Assembly: GCA_007376395.1 (NCBI GenBank) | Contig: VMGE01000006.1 | Location: 2,812-66,811 of the forward strand | Direction: 5' to 3' | DNA length: 64,000 nt | DNA from: Microgenomates group bacterium Gr01-1014_5 | Lineage (GTDB): Bacteria; Patescibacteriota; Microgenomatia; UBA8517; UBA10165 | Shown: piece after piece, positions 16,101-24,633 of the stretch | Position numbering within the stretch: position 1 is the first letter of the stretch | Layout of the letters: each line of letters opens with the position of its first letter | The notes under the pieces: generated by a model | What the model saw: only the letters and a program-made list of their open reading frames with translations | Told to the model about the DNA's origin: nothing | Databases searched by the model: none | Position numbers and translations under genes: made by a program

Positions 16101-18420
16101 AAACGACGAAGAGGGTTTCAAAGAATCGTTAAGCCTCTACACGGGCGAGATGCAGCAGGTTTACAACGACTTGGCTTCAGCAAACTTTAACGACGAGGCG
16201 AGAAAACAACTGGGTGAAGCCCTTGAAACCCAAGCTCTTGAACAAAACTTACTTCTACAGAAAGTAAGTGTCTTTGCTTCCGCAGACCTGGCAACGCCAA
16301 TTTCTGCGGCAGTCTCGGTAACCGTCCAGGGTGTCGACCGCGCAGCAGATTTGCAAGGTCAGCCAGCCATACCCGAGGAAATAAAAACTAAAATAGAAGC
16401 CTTACCTGCCGACATGATTTCCGACGAAGACAAACAAAAACTTCTCGCCACTAACAATAGAGTTAAAGCCAGATTGGAAATTAATTCACTAGTCGGCCAA
16501 GGTTTCTTAACCAACCAAGATACGGCACTTTTAGACGAGAGTCTTACCAACTCTGACCCTGCCGGCACGGCTAAACTTGACGAATTAAAAAAGCTGGACG
16601 AAATAGTAGACTTGACAAAACTTACAGGCGAAATAGACAAAACAGTTGAGAAGAATGAAAATATTGCCCAAAAACTGGAAGAATTTAGGCAATCATTCAC
16701 TCCCGGTCAAGAAATACCCGGAGAGATTAGGCCTTACGTCAGGCTAACCAGAATTGAAGAGATAACTCAAACAATCAGGCCCGACATTGTGCGCACAGAA
16801 GATTTTGGCAACCGCCGCGATCTACAGCTTGCCGTGGCAACGCTGAAAGAAGAGTTTAAGCCCACCCGCGAAACCGTAGATCGACTTGAGCAGTACAGAA
16901 GAAATAATCCCGGAAGGCCGCTGCCTTTTGACCTGGCGCGAGCAGAAGCCTTCTCCCGAGGTCTTGGCGTCAGAAACGAAGCAGGACCTTGCTATCTTCC
17001 CTCTCCGCCGTTTGCACCCAACACACCTTGCCCTGCCCCAGGCTCTGCAATACCAATTTTCTCTTACGATAACATCGCTTTTGGCTCATCAGCTTTTGGG
17101 ACAAATACAAACATTACTAACGACGCTCAAGGAAAACCTTTGGTTTATGGCGACGGGCCCAAACCCGTAGAGGCTGGGGTTTGTCCTGACAACTACCATT
17201 GGATGTACGACAATGGCGGTTGGTGTATGAGCAGCTCTGGAAGTTATGGAGGTTCGACAACTTCCTATGGTAGCCCATCGGTAACGACTCCGGGTTACAC
17301 CCCTTACACGTCGTATTACTCTCCCCCAGGCGCGCCGCCTGCCAGCTATGGATACCAAGGCCCAGGAAATTACTCGAACAACTACTACTCAACAACGGGT
17401 TCTCCGTATACCCCACCGACCTATTACGGAACTGCGCCGACAACTTATACCACCAATCCACCCCCGGGAACTGTCCCCGGATCAGGACCAGCGCCTTCCA
17501 CGGGCGGAGAATGTCCCTCTGGCTTTCATTGGATGCCGCCAAGTTATAATCAGGGAGGTTGGTGTATGTCTAACGGGGGTACATACACACCCGGTTATCA
17601 ATATGGAGGTGGAGGAGCACAAGTTAGTCCCGGTACACAATGTCCCAAGGGTACATATTGGAATAGCTACTCTAGTTCATGTCAATCGCCAACCAGCCCC
17701 ACATACCCCGGCGGCTCAGGCAATTGCCCACCCGGACAATATTGGACAGGAAGTTCTACAGGAGGAGGCTCGTGTGTTACTTCCGATACTTGGCCGTCAC
17801 CAAATCTCACAAGAGAAAGTTGTGGGCCAGGGTACTATTGGAGTGGGAATGCGTGTTACCCCAATTATCCGGGTAGTGGCGGTGGCAGTACGAGCTCTTG
17901 TACCTACCCGTCGGGCGGTTGCGGCTCAGGCTATTTTGATTATGGCTCTTGCTCCTGTAAAGCATCTTCATCCCAAGGATGTTATAACGTATCTGCCTCC
18001 AGTTGCCCGAGCGGATGGTATTTTGATTCGGCTGCTTGTACTTGCCGTCAGTCGTCAACATCAACCCCTGGTTCTGGTGGGGGAACTACCTCTGGATCAT
18101 GTCCTTCTGGATCTCATTGGATGAGTGATAATGGTGGCTATTGCATGTCTGATGCTGCTCGAGACGGGTCAACATCAGGAGGCTCCACCACCACTGGTGG
18201 TTCTACCTCAAGTGGTTCTTGTCCTTCAGGGTATCATTGGATGTCTGACAGCGGCGGATGGTGTATGTCAGACAACACAAGCGGGGGTGGAAGCACTTCC
18301 ACCTATACTCCACCCCCTACTACAACCTCGACCGAACCGACTCCGGCTCCAACCACAACAGAGCCTGCTCCAGCTCCTGCACCTACCGAACCTGCTCCCG
18401 CACCAACCACTTCCCCATGA
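13156..18420 (+). CDS. Giant secreted protein with three DUF5667-like modules and Cys-rich repeats
   Basis: Signal peptide; three LPGSP/GPDSP-x-YF...ERL/F.EA modules; CPxGxHWM..GGWCM repeats; Pro/Thr tail. Confidence 0.85.
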   Translation: MKASCKKVVLKSITSLFCFLLTFLVLLSPSQISAAERSSYYDWGPYYNQTKVLGVTFSSLEELPKIEIPANISPPPATGILPGSPFHFLETLTENAQLSFIFDPVKKEEFRLTLASERLSEAKTLVEQGNYQAAESAAAEYRNAMNIVSDNLRALSAQNNPQADALAENVGKLSADHAVVAQSAALSSPSAANTTWNQLLTASEKAMDSSAETSGQPAIPEELSVSLQELKNAGLITPEQSDKLYSLTSRSQVRAEIDKLTAAGTFPQAEAAKLDTAVAVNYPDIYNQALSVLKFAELRSYQTLPPPSVDILKEIEEWQAQKGDLPPPAEIKPYLYHARASELAQSIDFAPFSADQQTEVAKFYPEAVSQNPTYTPPPSPSPLPSPEPSPTPTEQTAPETASPSEPTTPSTQPYLADYNGPLPGSPAYFFKQIGEGAGLFTAAFDPARRMELSMQFAEERLKEANALALATGREKDYQNTLERYKDSLEGITQNLRDYQGSEETRRDLAGKFEAEAARHNVIFEKGLLPPVSENTEVMPAVVAVTQNAMDASADALDKPAIPLSLVARLQDLKAQGQLLPEEVDNIVQSQSREEVREKIRELVKLETFPPADAKKLDEAQAIVTPHDYNQLVEVKKVEELQRLRAAQAEFAQTATLRQTNANYETRIEFLTKSIDPSLIKAEDLAGREGLLATYQDLLSKSGERPINAGQFVEAEKTTSEEKNTAIRPVDAVFSTCPVGAIFKQFEGCVWEANGSKINNYEQYKCSTSKEYWSFSQNKCVLYTPGAEARDTQPVCPIGYAWAWESQNCQVSNTPVPTPPPGVLPIGDLPESEKENFCPAGASYQAGKGCLWDNSQKSVYDPAQYRCTPGAYYSFSEFKCVENPDPSQPYPKNTQPACSEGSAWSWTDGRCLEVRSYTPVSDAASKLQVPQPSFAGPDSPLYGLKRAFEGIQTFTAFTTQARQEVRLAHAKERFAEAYQELEANDEEGFKESLSLYTGEMQQVYNDLASANFNDEARKQLGEALETQALEQNLLLQKVSVFASADLATPISAAVSVTVQGVDRAADLQGQPAIPEEIKTKIEALPADMISDEDKQKLLATNNRVKARLEINSLVGQGFLTNQDTALLDESLTNSDPAGTAKLDELKKLDEIVDLTKLTGEIDKTVEKNENIAQKLEEFRQSFTPGQEIPGEIRPYVRLTRIEEITQTIRPDIVRTEDFGNRRDLQLAVATLKEEFKPTRETVDRLEQYRRNNPGRPLPFDLARAEAFSRGLGVRNEAGPCYLPSPPFAPNTPCPAPGSAIPIFSYDNIAFGSSAFGTNTNITNDAQGKPLVYGDGPKPVEAGVCPDNYHWMYDNGGWCMSSSGSYGGSTTSYGSPSVTTPGYTPYTSYYSPPGAPPASYGYQGPGNYSNNYYSTTGSPYTPPTYYGTAPTTYTTNPPPGTVPGSGPAPSTGGECPSGFHWMPPSYNQGGWCMSNGGTYTPGYQYGGGGAQVSPGTQCPKGTYWNSYSSSCQSPTSPTYPGGSGNCPPGQYWTGSSTGGGSCVTSDTWPSPNLTRESCGPGYYWSGNACYPNYPGSGGGSTSSCTYPSGGCGSGYFDYGSCSCKASSSQGCYNVSASSCPSGWYFDSAACTCRQSSTSTPGSGGGTTSGSCPSGSHWMSDNGGYCMSDAARDGSTSGGSTTTGGSTSSGSCPSGYHWMSDSGGWCMSDNTSGGGSTSTYTPPPTTTSTEPTPAPTTTEPAPAPAPTEPAPAPTTSP

Positions 18421-18791
18421 GTAGGATCGCTTCTCTTCGAACAATAACTTTTATCTTCCTAATCTGCGCAATTACGCTCTTCGGAATTCTTCTTTACAGT
18501 TTTCAAAAAGAGTATATAAAAAGACATACTGTTTTATATGACGGAGCACTATTTACTCCGGAATTCGTAGTTATTCATCTGGGCGACCCTGTAATTATTA
18601 AAAATAGTTCCCAAAAACCAATGGAAATTGCCGTAGGAAGGCATGAAAACCATAAAACTCTAAGTGGATTTCAGGAGAAAATTATCAACCCCAAAGAAGA
18701 GTACGCCTTCACTCCTCAGGAAAGAGGGATTTTTGATCTGCATGATCATTTTAATCCTAAAAAATTCGGGTATATTATCATCGACAAATGA
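18417..18791 (+). CDS. Cupredoxin-like fold membrane-anchored protein
   Basis: TM, FTPEFVVIHLGDPV, HENH, FDLHDH; ATG overlaps the upstream stop. Confidence 0.65.
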   Translation: MSRIASLRTITFIFLICAITLFGILLYSFQKEYIKRHTVLYDGALFTPEFVVIHLGDPVIIKNSSQKPMEIAVGRHENHKTLSGFQEKIINPKEEYAFTPQERGIFDLHDHFNPKKFGYIIIDK

Positions 18792-18874
18792 TCTCGGTAT
18801 TCACAGGTGTTGAGTAACACTGAGAAACAAAGCCCTATAGTTGCAATTCTGCTTCCGAGGAGTTAAAATACAAC

Positions 18875-19303
18875 ATGTCCTCAAGAAGCACGGAAGTTAT
18901 ATCACCTGAACAGAACGAGCCAATAGATTCTTATTGGACTACTGCCCGCGTTAGGCTTCGTCTCCAAATTAAAGACTTCGAGATAATGACTTGGTCAAAA
19001 CAAATGCGTCTTTTGGAAACAAGGACAAAGGGAGGCGTGTCTGTCTTTCCAGCTTTTCAGTTTGTACAAAGAGCAGGTGTATGGTCTGTGTTAATAGGCC
19101 TGCATGAGGTTCTAAAGCCTTTTAAGGGGGTTGTCGGCCCAGACGAAGGTAATTCCCTAGCTTCTTGGCTTACCACTCCAGAGGAACGACTTGGCGGAAT
19201 AAGTATTATTGATCATTTAAAACAAGACAGAGACCCAAAAAAGGCTATTGCTTTAGCTCAAGAGACCGCTAATCGTTGGCAACAACCAAGCAACAAAATC
19301 TAG
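18875..19303 (+). CDS. Rv2175c / MbcA-ParS antitoxin-C-terminal-like protein
   Basis: FPAFQF...ASWLTTPEERLGG.S..DHL. Confidence 0.55.
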   Translation: MSSRSTEVISPEQNEPIDSYWTTARVRLRLQIKDFEIMTWSKQMRLLETRTKGGVSVFPAFQFVQRAGVWSVLIGLHEVLKPFKGVVGPDEGNSLASWLTTPEERLGGISIIDHLKQDRDPKKAIALAQETANRWQQPSNKI

Positions 19304-19336
19304 CCAAAATTCTTCAAAAGAGGTAAAATCTGCCCA

Positions 19337-19441
19337 ATGCTCGTTTTTATTGATGATTCCGGAGATGCAGGTTTTAAATTAGAGAAAGGTTCTTCAAGAT
19401 TTTTCGTAATAGCTAATGAGGCACAAAAAATGACCTCCTAA
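19337..19441 (+). pseudogene. DUF3800 family gene remnant (about 26 N-terminal codons)
   Basis: MLVFIDDSGDAGFKLEKGSSRFFVIA then abrupt loss of similarity; own promoter TAGCCA-17-TAAAAT. Confidence 0.7.
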
Positions 19442-19523
19442 GAGGCCATCTTCAACCACGTCCCTAGATTAGTTTCCCAACCACGCCACCTTAAGGTAAC
19501 AGTTCGGAATACAGGTTTTTGTA
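19425..19523 (-). ncRNA. Candidate ~100-nt sRNA (DUF3800-associated type)
   Basis: Promoter TTGTGT-17-TATACT (19558-19530); hairpins GTTACC/GGTGGC and GGTTGG-GAAA-CTAATC; terminator ATGGCCTC-TTAG-GAGGTCAT followed by a T-run. Confidence 0.6.
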
Positions 19524-20000
19524 ATTAGTAGTATACCATGATTCATCTGGGTACACAAATATAATCCGAAACCTTATGCTCAAGAGATATAAAAAGTTAT
19601 AGTTGACAAGTCTAATCTGAGAGATTATTATCAATTTCGATGTTAAATATTACTGTTAGTCGCGACGGGGATATCCATACGGTGAAAATAAACAAGTTTG
19701 TTACTTACGTAATAAACCGTTAATTAAGTTCTTTTTCCTCATATAGATCTTTCCCGAATTTAAACTGCTACTAACTTATTGTGGGTGTCTCTTATCAGCT
19801 GAAGGAGATTAAATCCAGTAATGGTAAGCGTCGGTAACGCGAGGTTGCGTAAAACATTATGGTATGTACCGAGAAACACAGACCATATAACAACCAGCCC
19901 ACAATTAACATCACTTAACGTCTTTCTACTGCAACTTCATGCTCGAATACTACTCCACTCTCGTCAATCGCTAGCCAAAATCCTTCAAAGGGCGAAGATT

Positions 20001-20813
20001 TTAAAGACCCGGTAATGGTTTTGTCTTATTTTTCTCAACGAGAATAAATATTGTCTGCATTTGATTTAATCCCAGTTTTAAATAATTTCTCCACGAAGTA
20101 CTTCCATGCTCAACTATTGCATATATCCTATCAATTCCAAGTTCTTTTGCTTTATTGATCCTGTATTTTATTATATCTGTTTGGTAGCCTTTGCCTCGAA
20201 ACTCTTCCAAAGTCCCGTCATCGTGCAAATAAGCAAAGTTTTTCTCTTTCGAATAAAACATTCCTCCTCCTGCGACCGGTTTTTGATTATCGTAAATAAG
20301 AAAAAATTCAGAATTTAATCCCGGGAAGTCGTTTTTCAGCTCTCCTGTTAAAGTTCTTCTGCAGATTTCTAAATATTTCTCGTTTCCTGGAAAGTCAACA
20401 AAAACTTTTCCTAAAACCTCACTGTAGTCGTCAAAAGTTTGAGTAGACACCTCTTCGATTTTTGCTTTAACAGGGCTATCCACATAGCTTGAAGTGTCAT
20501 ACCCCACCCACGAGTCTCGTGCATCAAGAAGAAAATTGTGTCTGACTAAAAATTCAACAAAGCCAGATTGCTGCTGATTTTCTGTTAAAAACACTGAAGG
20601 GCTACTTTGATTTCTTCCCAACAATTGTTTTATCTCCTCTAAATCTAGCTCATCTGGTGACGAAACAAGAGGAAACGCAAAGTTATTATACTGTCCCGAT
20701 ACGTCACTTAAAACAACCTCTACAGTTTTTCCTTTTATTACTTCTCTAACCAGAATTCCTTTACTCCATTGGTCTTGTAAATCCCAAATTTCCTCAAAGT
20801 AATTTCTGACCAT
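20001..20813 (-). CDS. GNAT family acetyltransferase
   Basis: AYLHDDGTLEEFRGKGYQ acetyl-CoA motif. Confidence 0.85.
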   Translation of the reverse strand: MVRNYFEEIWDLQDQWSKGILVREVIKGKTVEVVLSDVSGQYNNFAFPLVSSPDELDLEEIKQLLGRNQSSPSVFLTENQQQSGFVEFLVRHNFLLDARDSWVGYDTSSYVDSPVKAKIEEVSTQTFDDYSEVLGKVFVDFPGNEKYLEICRRTLTGELKNDFPGLNSEFFLIYDNQKPVAGGGMFYSKEKNFAYLHDDGTLEEFRGKGYQTDIIKYRINKAKELGIDRIYAIVEHGSTSWRNYLKLGLNQMQTIFILVEKNKTKPLPGL

Positions 20814-20869
20814 ACCCAGATTATACCAAAAGTAAACTTTTGGGTGTCTGAACCTGATATAATTCGTTT

Positions 20870-21208
20870 ATGACCGATATTCTTCTTGTCTATATCACTT
20901 GCGATTCAGTCGAACAAGCAAAAACTATTGGAAAACATTTAATGAAGAATAGACTTTGTGCTTGCGTCAATATCTTTCCTGACATGCAACCAATGTTTTT
21001 TTGGCCTCCTAAAACTAATCAAATTGACGAAAGTAAAGAAGTTGTTTTAATTGCAAAGACTACGGAAGGTAAATACCAAGAGTTAGAAGATGAAGTCCAC
21101 AAAATCCATACCTACGACGTTCCCTGTGTTATCGCTATCCCCACCCAACATATTTCTAAAAAATATTACAACTGGCTTATTGGCGAATTAGAGTTTGAAG
21201 AAAAATAA
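20870..21208 (+). CDS. cutA: Divalent-cation tolerance protein CutA
   Basis: VYITC, RLCACVNI, HTYDVPCV. Confidence 0.93.
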   Translation: MTDILLVYITCDSVEQAKTIGKHLMKNRLCACVNIFPDMQPMFFWPPKTNQIDESKEVVLIAKTTEGKYQELEDEVHKIHTYDVPCVIAIPTQHISKKYYNWLIGELEFEEK

Positions 21209-21305
21209 GTCGCAACGTGTTAAATCAAATCGGGCAAATAATTTATTGATACAGGTGCCAATCTAAACCAATTGGAAGGTGGAATCACACTTGAACTGAT
21301 TTCAA

Positions 21306-21809
21306 TCATTCCTGAAACAGACGCTTCCAGAAACCTCTGGCTTGCGTATAGGGAGCGTCAACTGGTAGCCCTGTTACAGATTGAACTACACGGCATAAGT
21401 GCCGCGTATTCTTCTTTATCGATTCGTAATCAGAGCGTAAAGTTAATCCACTACTCAGAGACACAGTAAATCTAGGAGACCCCTTGTCCAACCCTAGTCT
21501 GACATTTACAAGGGTATCTTCCAACGGTGACTGATCATCAATAATTCCGTGAGGGTAGTAGCGAATACGCCAATAACAAGATTCTCTGTCTAGGCAGGTT
21601 TCCACTTCGCCCTTAAATCTCACCGAGCTACAATAGTCCCGAAGTACATCAAGCAATGGTTCACGGAAACGGTCATATAACGGCTTGAGTGTCTGTCTTT
21701 GCCGCTCGGCCCGTTCCTGCTGGCGTTTCCCTTCCTCTCTGTTGCACGCTTCCTTCTGACGTTGATAATCATCGAACCCATACTTGCTCTGTCCCTGTTC
21801 ATTCGCCAT
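21306..21809 (-). CDS. Hypothetical protein
   Basis: Start reassigned to MANEQ, 6 nt after TATACT. Confidence 0.6.
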   Translation of the reverse strand: MANEQGQSKYGFDDYQRQKEACNREEGKRQQERAERQRQTLKPLYDRFREPLLDVLRDYCSSVRFKGEVETCLDRESCYWRIRYYPHGIIDDQSPLEDTLVNVRLGLDKGSPRFTVSLSSGLTLRSDYESIKKNTRHLCRVVQSVTGLPVDAPYTQARGFWKRLFQE

Positions 21810-22011
21810 ATATATAGTATAGCTTATAGTTACAATCGTGGTCAAATCTTCCTACTTGGCCTGTGTGCAGTCGAGGGATAAAAATTGCTCGTACACGTTT
21901 GGTGTAACATGGCAAAATTACCTTCATGTTGGTAGACAGATCTTCATGGCCTCAATAGACTTCACCTCAAAAAACTAGCCAAAATCCCCGATAAAAATGA
22001 ATTAGCACCAT

Positions 22012-22041
22012 TTGACAACATGTTGTACAACATGTTACTGT
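22012..22041 (+). promoter_or_regulatory. TA promoter with a perfect 20-bp palindromic operator
   Basis: TTGACA..TGnTACTGT with AACATGTTGTACAACATGTT (22017-22036) filling the spacer. Confidence 0.75.
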
Positions 22042-22047
22042 ATTTAT

Positions 22048-22323
22048 ATGTTAAAAACTTATCTTTATATTCCGGAAGAATTAGACCGTAAAATTAAAAT
22101 TGCTGTCAATGCTCAACAAAAGAGCAAGGCTGAAATTATAAGAAACGCTATTGCAAAAGGCCTGTCTGTGTCCCAAGAACAAGATAAAAATGATGCACAG
22201 ATACTCCTAGATCTTGCTAAAATAGCAAAAAAATACAAGGTTTCCGGCCCTCGTGACTTATCTGTAAATCATGATTATTATTTATGGGGTGGTAAAAAGA
22301 GAAATTCAAGAATTAAGCCATGA
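22048..22323 (+). CDS. Ribbon-helix-helix antitoxin (VapB-like)
   Basis: MLKTYLYIPEEL...SKAEIIRNAI; DLSVNHDYYLWG; coupled to a PIN gene. Confidence 0.85.
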   Translation: MLKTYLYIPEELDRKIKIAVNAQQKSKAEIIRNAIAKGLSVSQEQDKNDAQILLDLAKIAKKYKVSGPRDLSVNHDYYLWGGKKRNSRIKP

Positions 22324-22730
22324 TAATTATTGTAGACTCTGATGGTTTAATAGGAACATCACAAGAAGACGATGCTCATTATTCGAACTCTATCCTGCTC
22401 TTGCAAAAATTAACCAGGGCAAAAGCCAGATTAATTTATCCTGCAACGGTTATTGCAGAGGCAACTGCAATTCTCCAAATAAGACTCAATCGCCAAGAAA
22501 CTGCAAACAAGATATTTGAGCTTGTAAAAACTGGCGCATTTACCATCGAACCTATTAATCAAGAAATCCTGACAACTGCAATTCGCTTGCTAAAGACAAA
22601 TAGAAACAAACACGCCACTCTTTTTGATGCAATAGTTGCAACTGTTGCACAAAAATATAACGCTGATGCAATTTTCAGCTTCGATAATTTCTACAAAAAG
22701 AAGGGCTTCAAATTGGCTTCTGAGTTGTAA
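22320..22730 (+). CDS. PIN-domain toxin (VapC-like)
   Basis: IIVDSD, VIAE, TLFDA, IFSFD. Confidence 0.9.
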   Translation: MIIIVDSDGLIGTSQEDDAHYSNSILLLQKLTRAKARLIYPATVIAEATAILQIRLNRQETANKIFELVKTGAFTIEPINQEILTTAIRLLKTNRNKHATLFDAIVATVAQKYNADAIFSFDNFYKKKGFKLASEL

Positions 22731-22795
22731 TAACGAATACTGTTACTATTTAGTCATTGACAATCAAAGAAATTAATATATATTGAAGTTGCATT

Positions 22796-23122
22796 ATGGC
22801 AAGTTTACAAGAAATGGAGCAACGCCGAGATGAGAGAGTACGCCAGGAATCAGCTTTTAGAGAATATGCATTAAATAAGTATGGGGAAGACTTGGGAACT
22901 GCTCTATATGACTATCTCTATAGAAACGGAAGAACCGAAGAAGAACGAGAGGAAAAAGAGATAGCATTTGCTAATGCCCTTGCGCTTAAAAGTAACAGTC
23001 GGGATATTAAAGAAGTCGCTCTCGGGCTTGTCGCTATGCTTGAAGCTACCAGAGGCCAGATAGCCCCAGTTGCAAGACGAGCCATGGACGCCAGCTTGCG
23101 TACTAGTCCAATAGGCCATTAA
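22796..23122 (+). CDS. Hypothetical protein
   Basis: 108-aa ORF with TTGACA upstream. Confidence 0.55.
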   Translation: MASLQEMEQRRDERVRQESAFREYALNKYGEDLGTALYDYLYRNGRTEEEREEKEIAFANALALKSNSRDIKEVALGLVAMLEATRGQIAPVARRAMDASLRTSPIGH

Positions 23123-23367
23123 ATCGCTATTTTTAATAAAAACTCGCTTTCTTTGACTTTTTGTGATATACTGCATTCACAGATTTGAGTTAATAAATCT
23201 GTTTAAATTGGATTTGATCCTAAAGAGTAGGTAAAGATACCTCAAATTTTTTCAAACTTCCGTATCTTTCTTCAAAAATTTAGAGCTCTCTTTTTAATTT
23301 AGACAGTCATATTCACTTAATTCCCGCGCCTTAATAGATGATTGCGCGGCATAATTTCGAGTAAATC

Positions 23368-24534
23368 ATGCGCAGAAATTTTTCCCAAAGACGCAACAGA
23401 AGATGGTTTGGCTCCCGGGTTAGTTCCCGGCCTGCTTCCTCTGCCTCCCGCTATGTAAAGAAAGCAGAAAGCCAGGCCCCGGAAGATGCCTATGCGGCAG
23501 TCAACCAATTTAGCGATTTTGCAATTGCCGAGCAAATAAAAAAGAATATCGCAAAACGAGGCTATACAACCCCTACTCCCATTCAAGACCAAATCATTCC
23601 GCACATTTTGGAAGGACGGGATGTGGTGGGTATTGCCAACACCGGAACCGGCAAAACAGCCGCTTTTTTAATTCCTCTCTTGAATAAAATTCTAACCGAC
23701 CGCACACAAAAAGCCCTTATCGTCGTCCCAACCCGGGAGCTTGCGATGCAAATCGAAGACGAGATGCGCGCTTTTTCCGAATTTTTAAATATCGGCTGTG
23801 TCCTTTGTATCGGCGGAGCAAGCATAAACCGTCAAATCTCAGCTCTCAGAAGTCAAACCAATATCGTTATTGGTACTCCCGGCAGGCTCATTGATTTGAC
23901 GCGCAGACGTTTATTAAACCTTAATTTGTTTCAGAATATCATTTTAGACGAGGTCGACCGTATGGTTGATATCGGTTTTATAAAAGACGTTAAGTACCTC
24001 ATTTCCCTCTTACCGGACAATAGGCAATCTTTGTTTTTCTCAGCCACGGTATCTGGCGAAATCCAGGGTATAATCAACTCGTTTTCAAGAGAACCTGTGA
24101 TTGTCTCCGTAAAAACAGCTGAAACTGCACAAAATGTTGAGCAGGATGTAATTTTCGTGACCAGCAAAGAAGAGAAACTGACTAAATTAAACAACATGTT
24201 ACACCAAGAAGAATTTAAGAAAGTTATAATTTTCGGCAGAACCAAATGGACAGTAGAACGACTGGCGCGGACTCTGCAGGATTTTGGTTTTCAGGTAGAG
24301 TCAATTCACGGCAATAAAACCCAGAGCCAGCGTCTAAGAGCGCTTTCCATGTTCAAGCAAGACCGTTTACAGGTGTTGGTAGCCACCGACATCGCCGCCC
24401 GAGGATTGGATATAGATAATATTACCCATGTTATTAATTTCGATGAACCCACAAACTATACTGATTATGTTCACAGAATCGGCAGAACAGGCAGGGCAAA
24501 TAAAACAGGAAAAGCCTTAACTTTTGTATCGTAA
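23368..24534 (+). CDS. DEAD-box RNA helicase
   Basis: TPIQ, TGTGKT, PTRELA, DEVD, SAT, ARGLD, HRIGRTGR. Confidence 0.96.
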   Translation: MRRNFSQRRNRRWFGSRVSSRPASSASRYVKKAESQAPEDAYAAVNQFSDFAIAEQIKKNIAKRGYTTPTPIQDQIIPHILEGRDVVGIANTGTGKTAAFLIPLLNKILTDRTQKALIVVPTRELAMQIEDEMRAFSEFLNIGCVLCIGGASINRQISALRSQTNIVIGTPGRLIDLTRRRLLNLNLFQNIILDEVDRMVDIGFIKDVKYLISLLPDNRQSLFFSATVSGEIQGIINSFSREPVIVSVKTAETAQNVEQDVIFVTSKEEKLTKLNNMLHQEEFKKVIIFGRTKWTVERLARTLQDFGFQVESIHGNKTQSQRLRALSMFKQDRLQVLVATDIAARGLDIDNITHVINFDEPTNYTDYVHRIGRTGRANKTGKALTFVS

Positions 24535-24633
24535 TCTAGGTATGGTATACTACGCACAGATTAATTAAAAAAGGCAAAAATAAGCCTCTGGCGCTTGGGA
24601 GAACCCAACGCGCACAAAGAACTAATTTTCCAA

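Noticed and set aside
17348-18424. Overlapping 258-aa and 99-aa alternative-frame ORFs
   Set aside because: By-products of Gly/Ser/Pro/Cys-rich codon usage in the 1754-aa gene
8473-23122. Integron cassette array or prophage
   Set aside because: No integrase, no consistent attC (RYYYAAC..GTTRRRY) sites, mixed gene orientation and no phage genes
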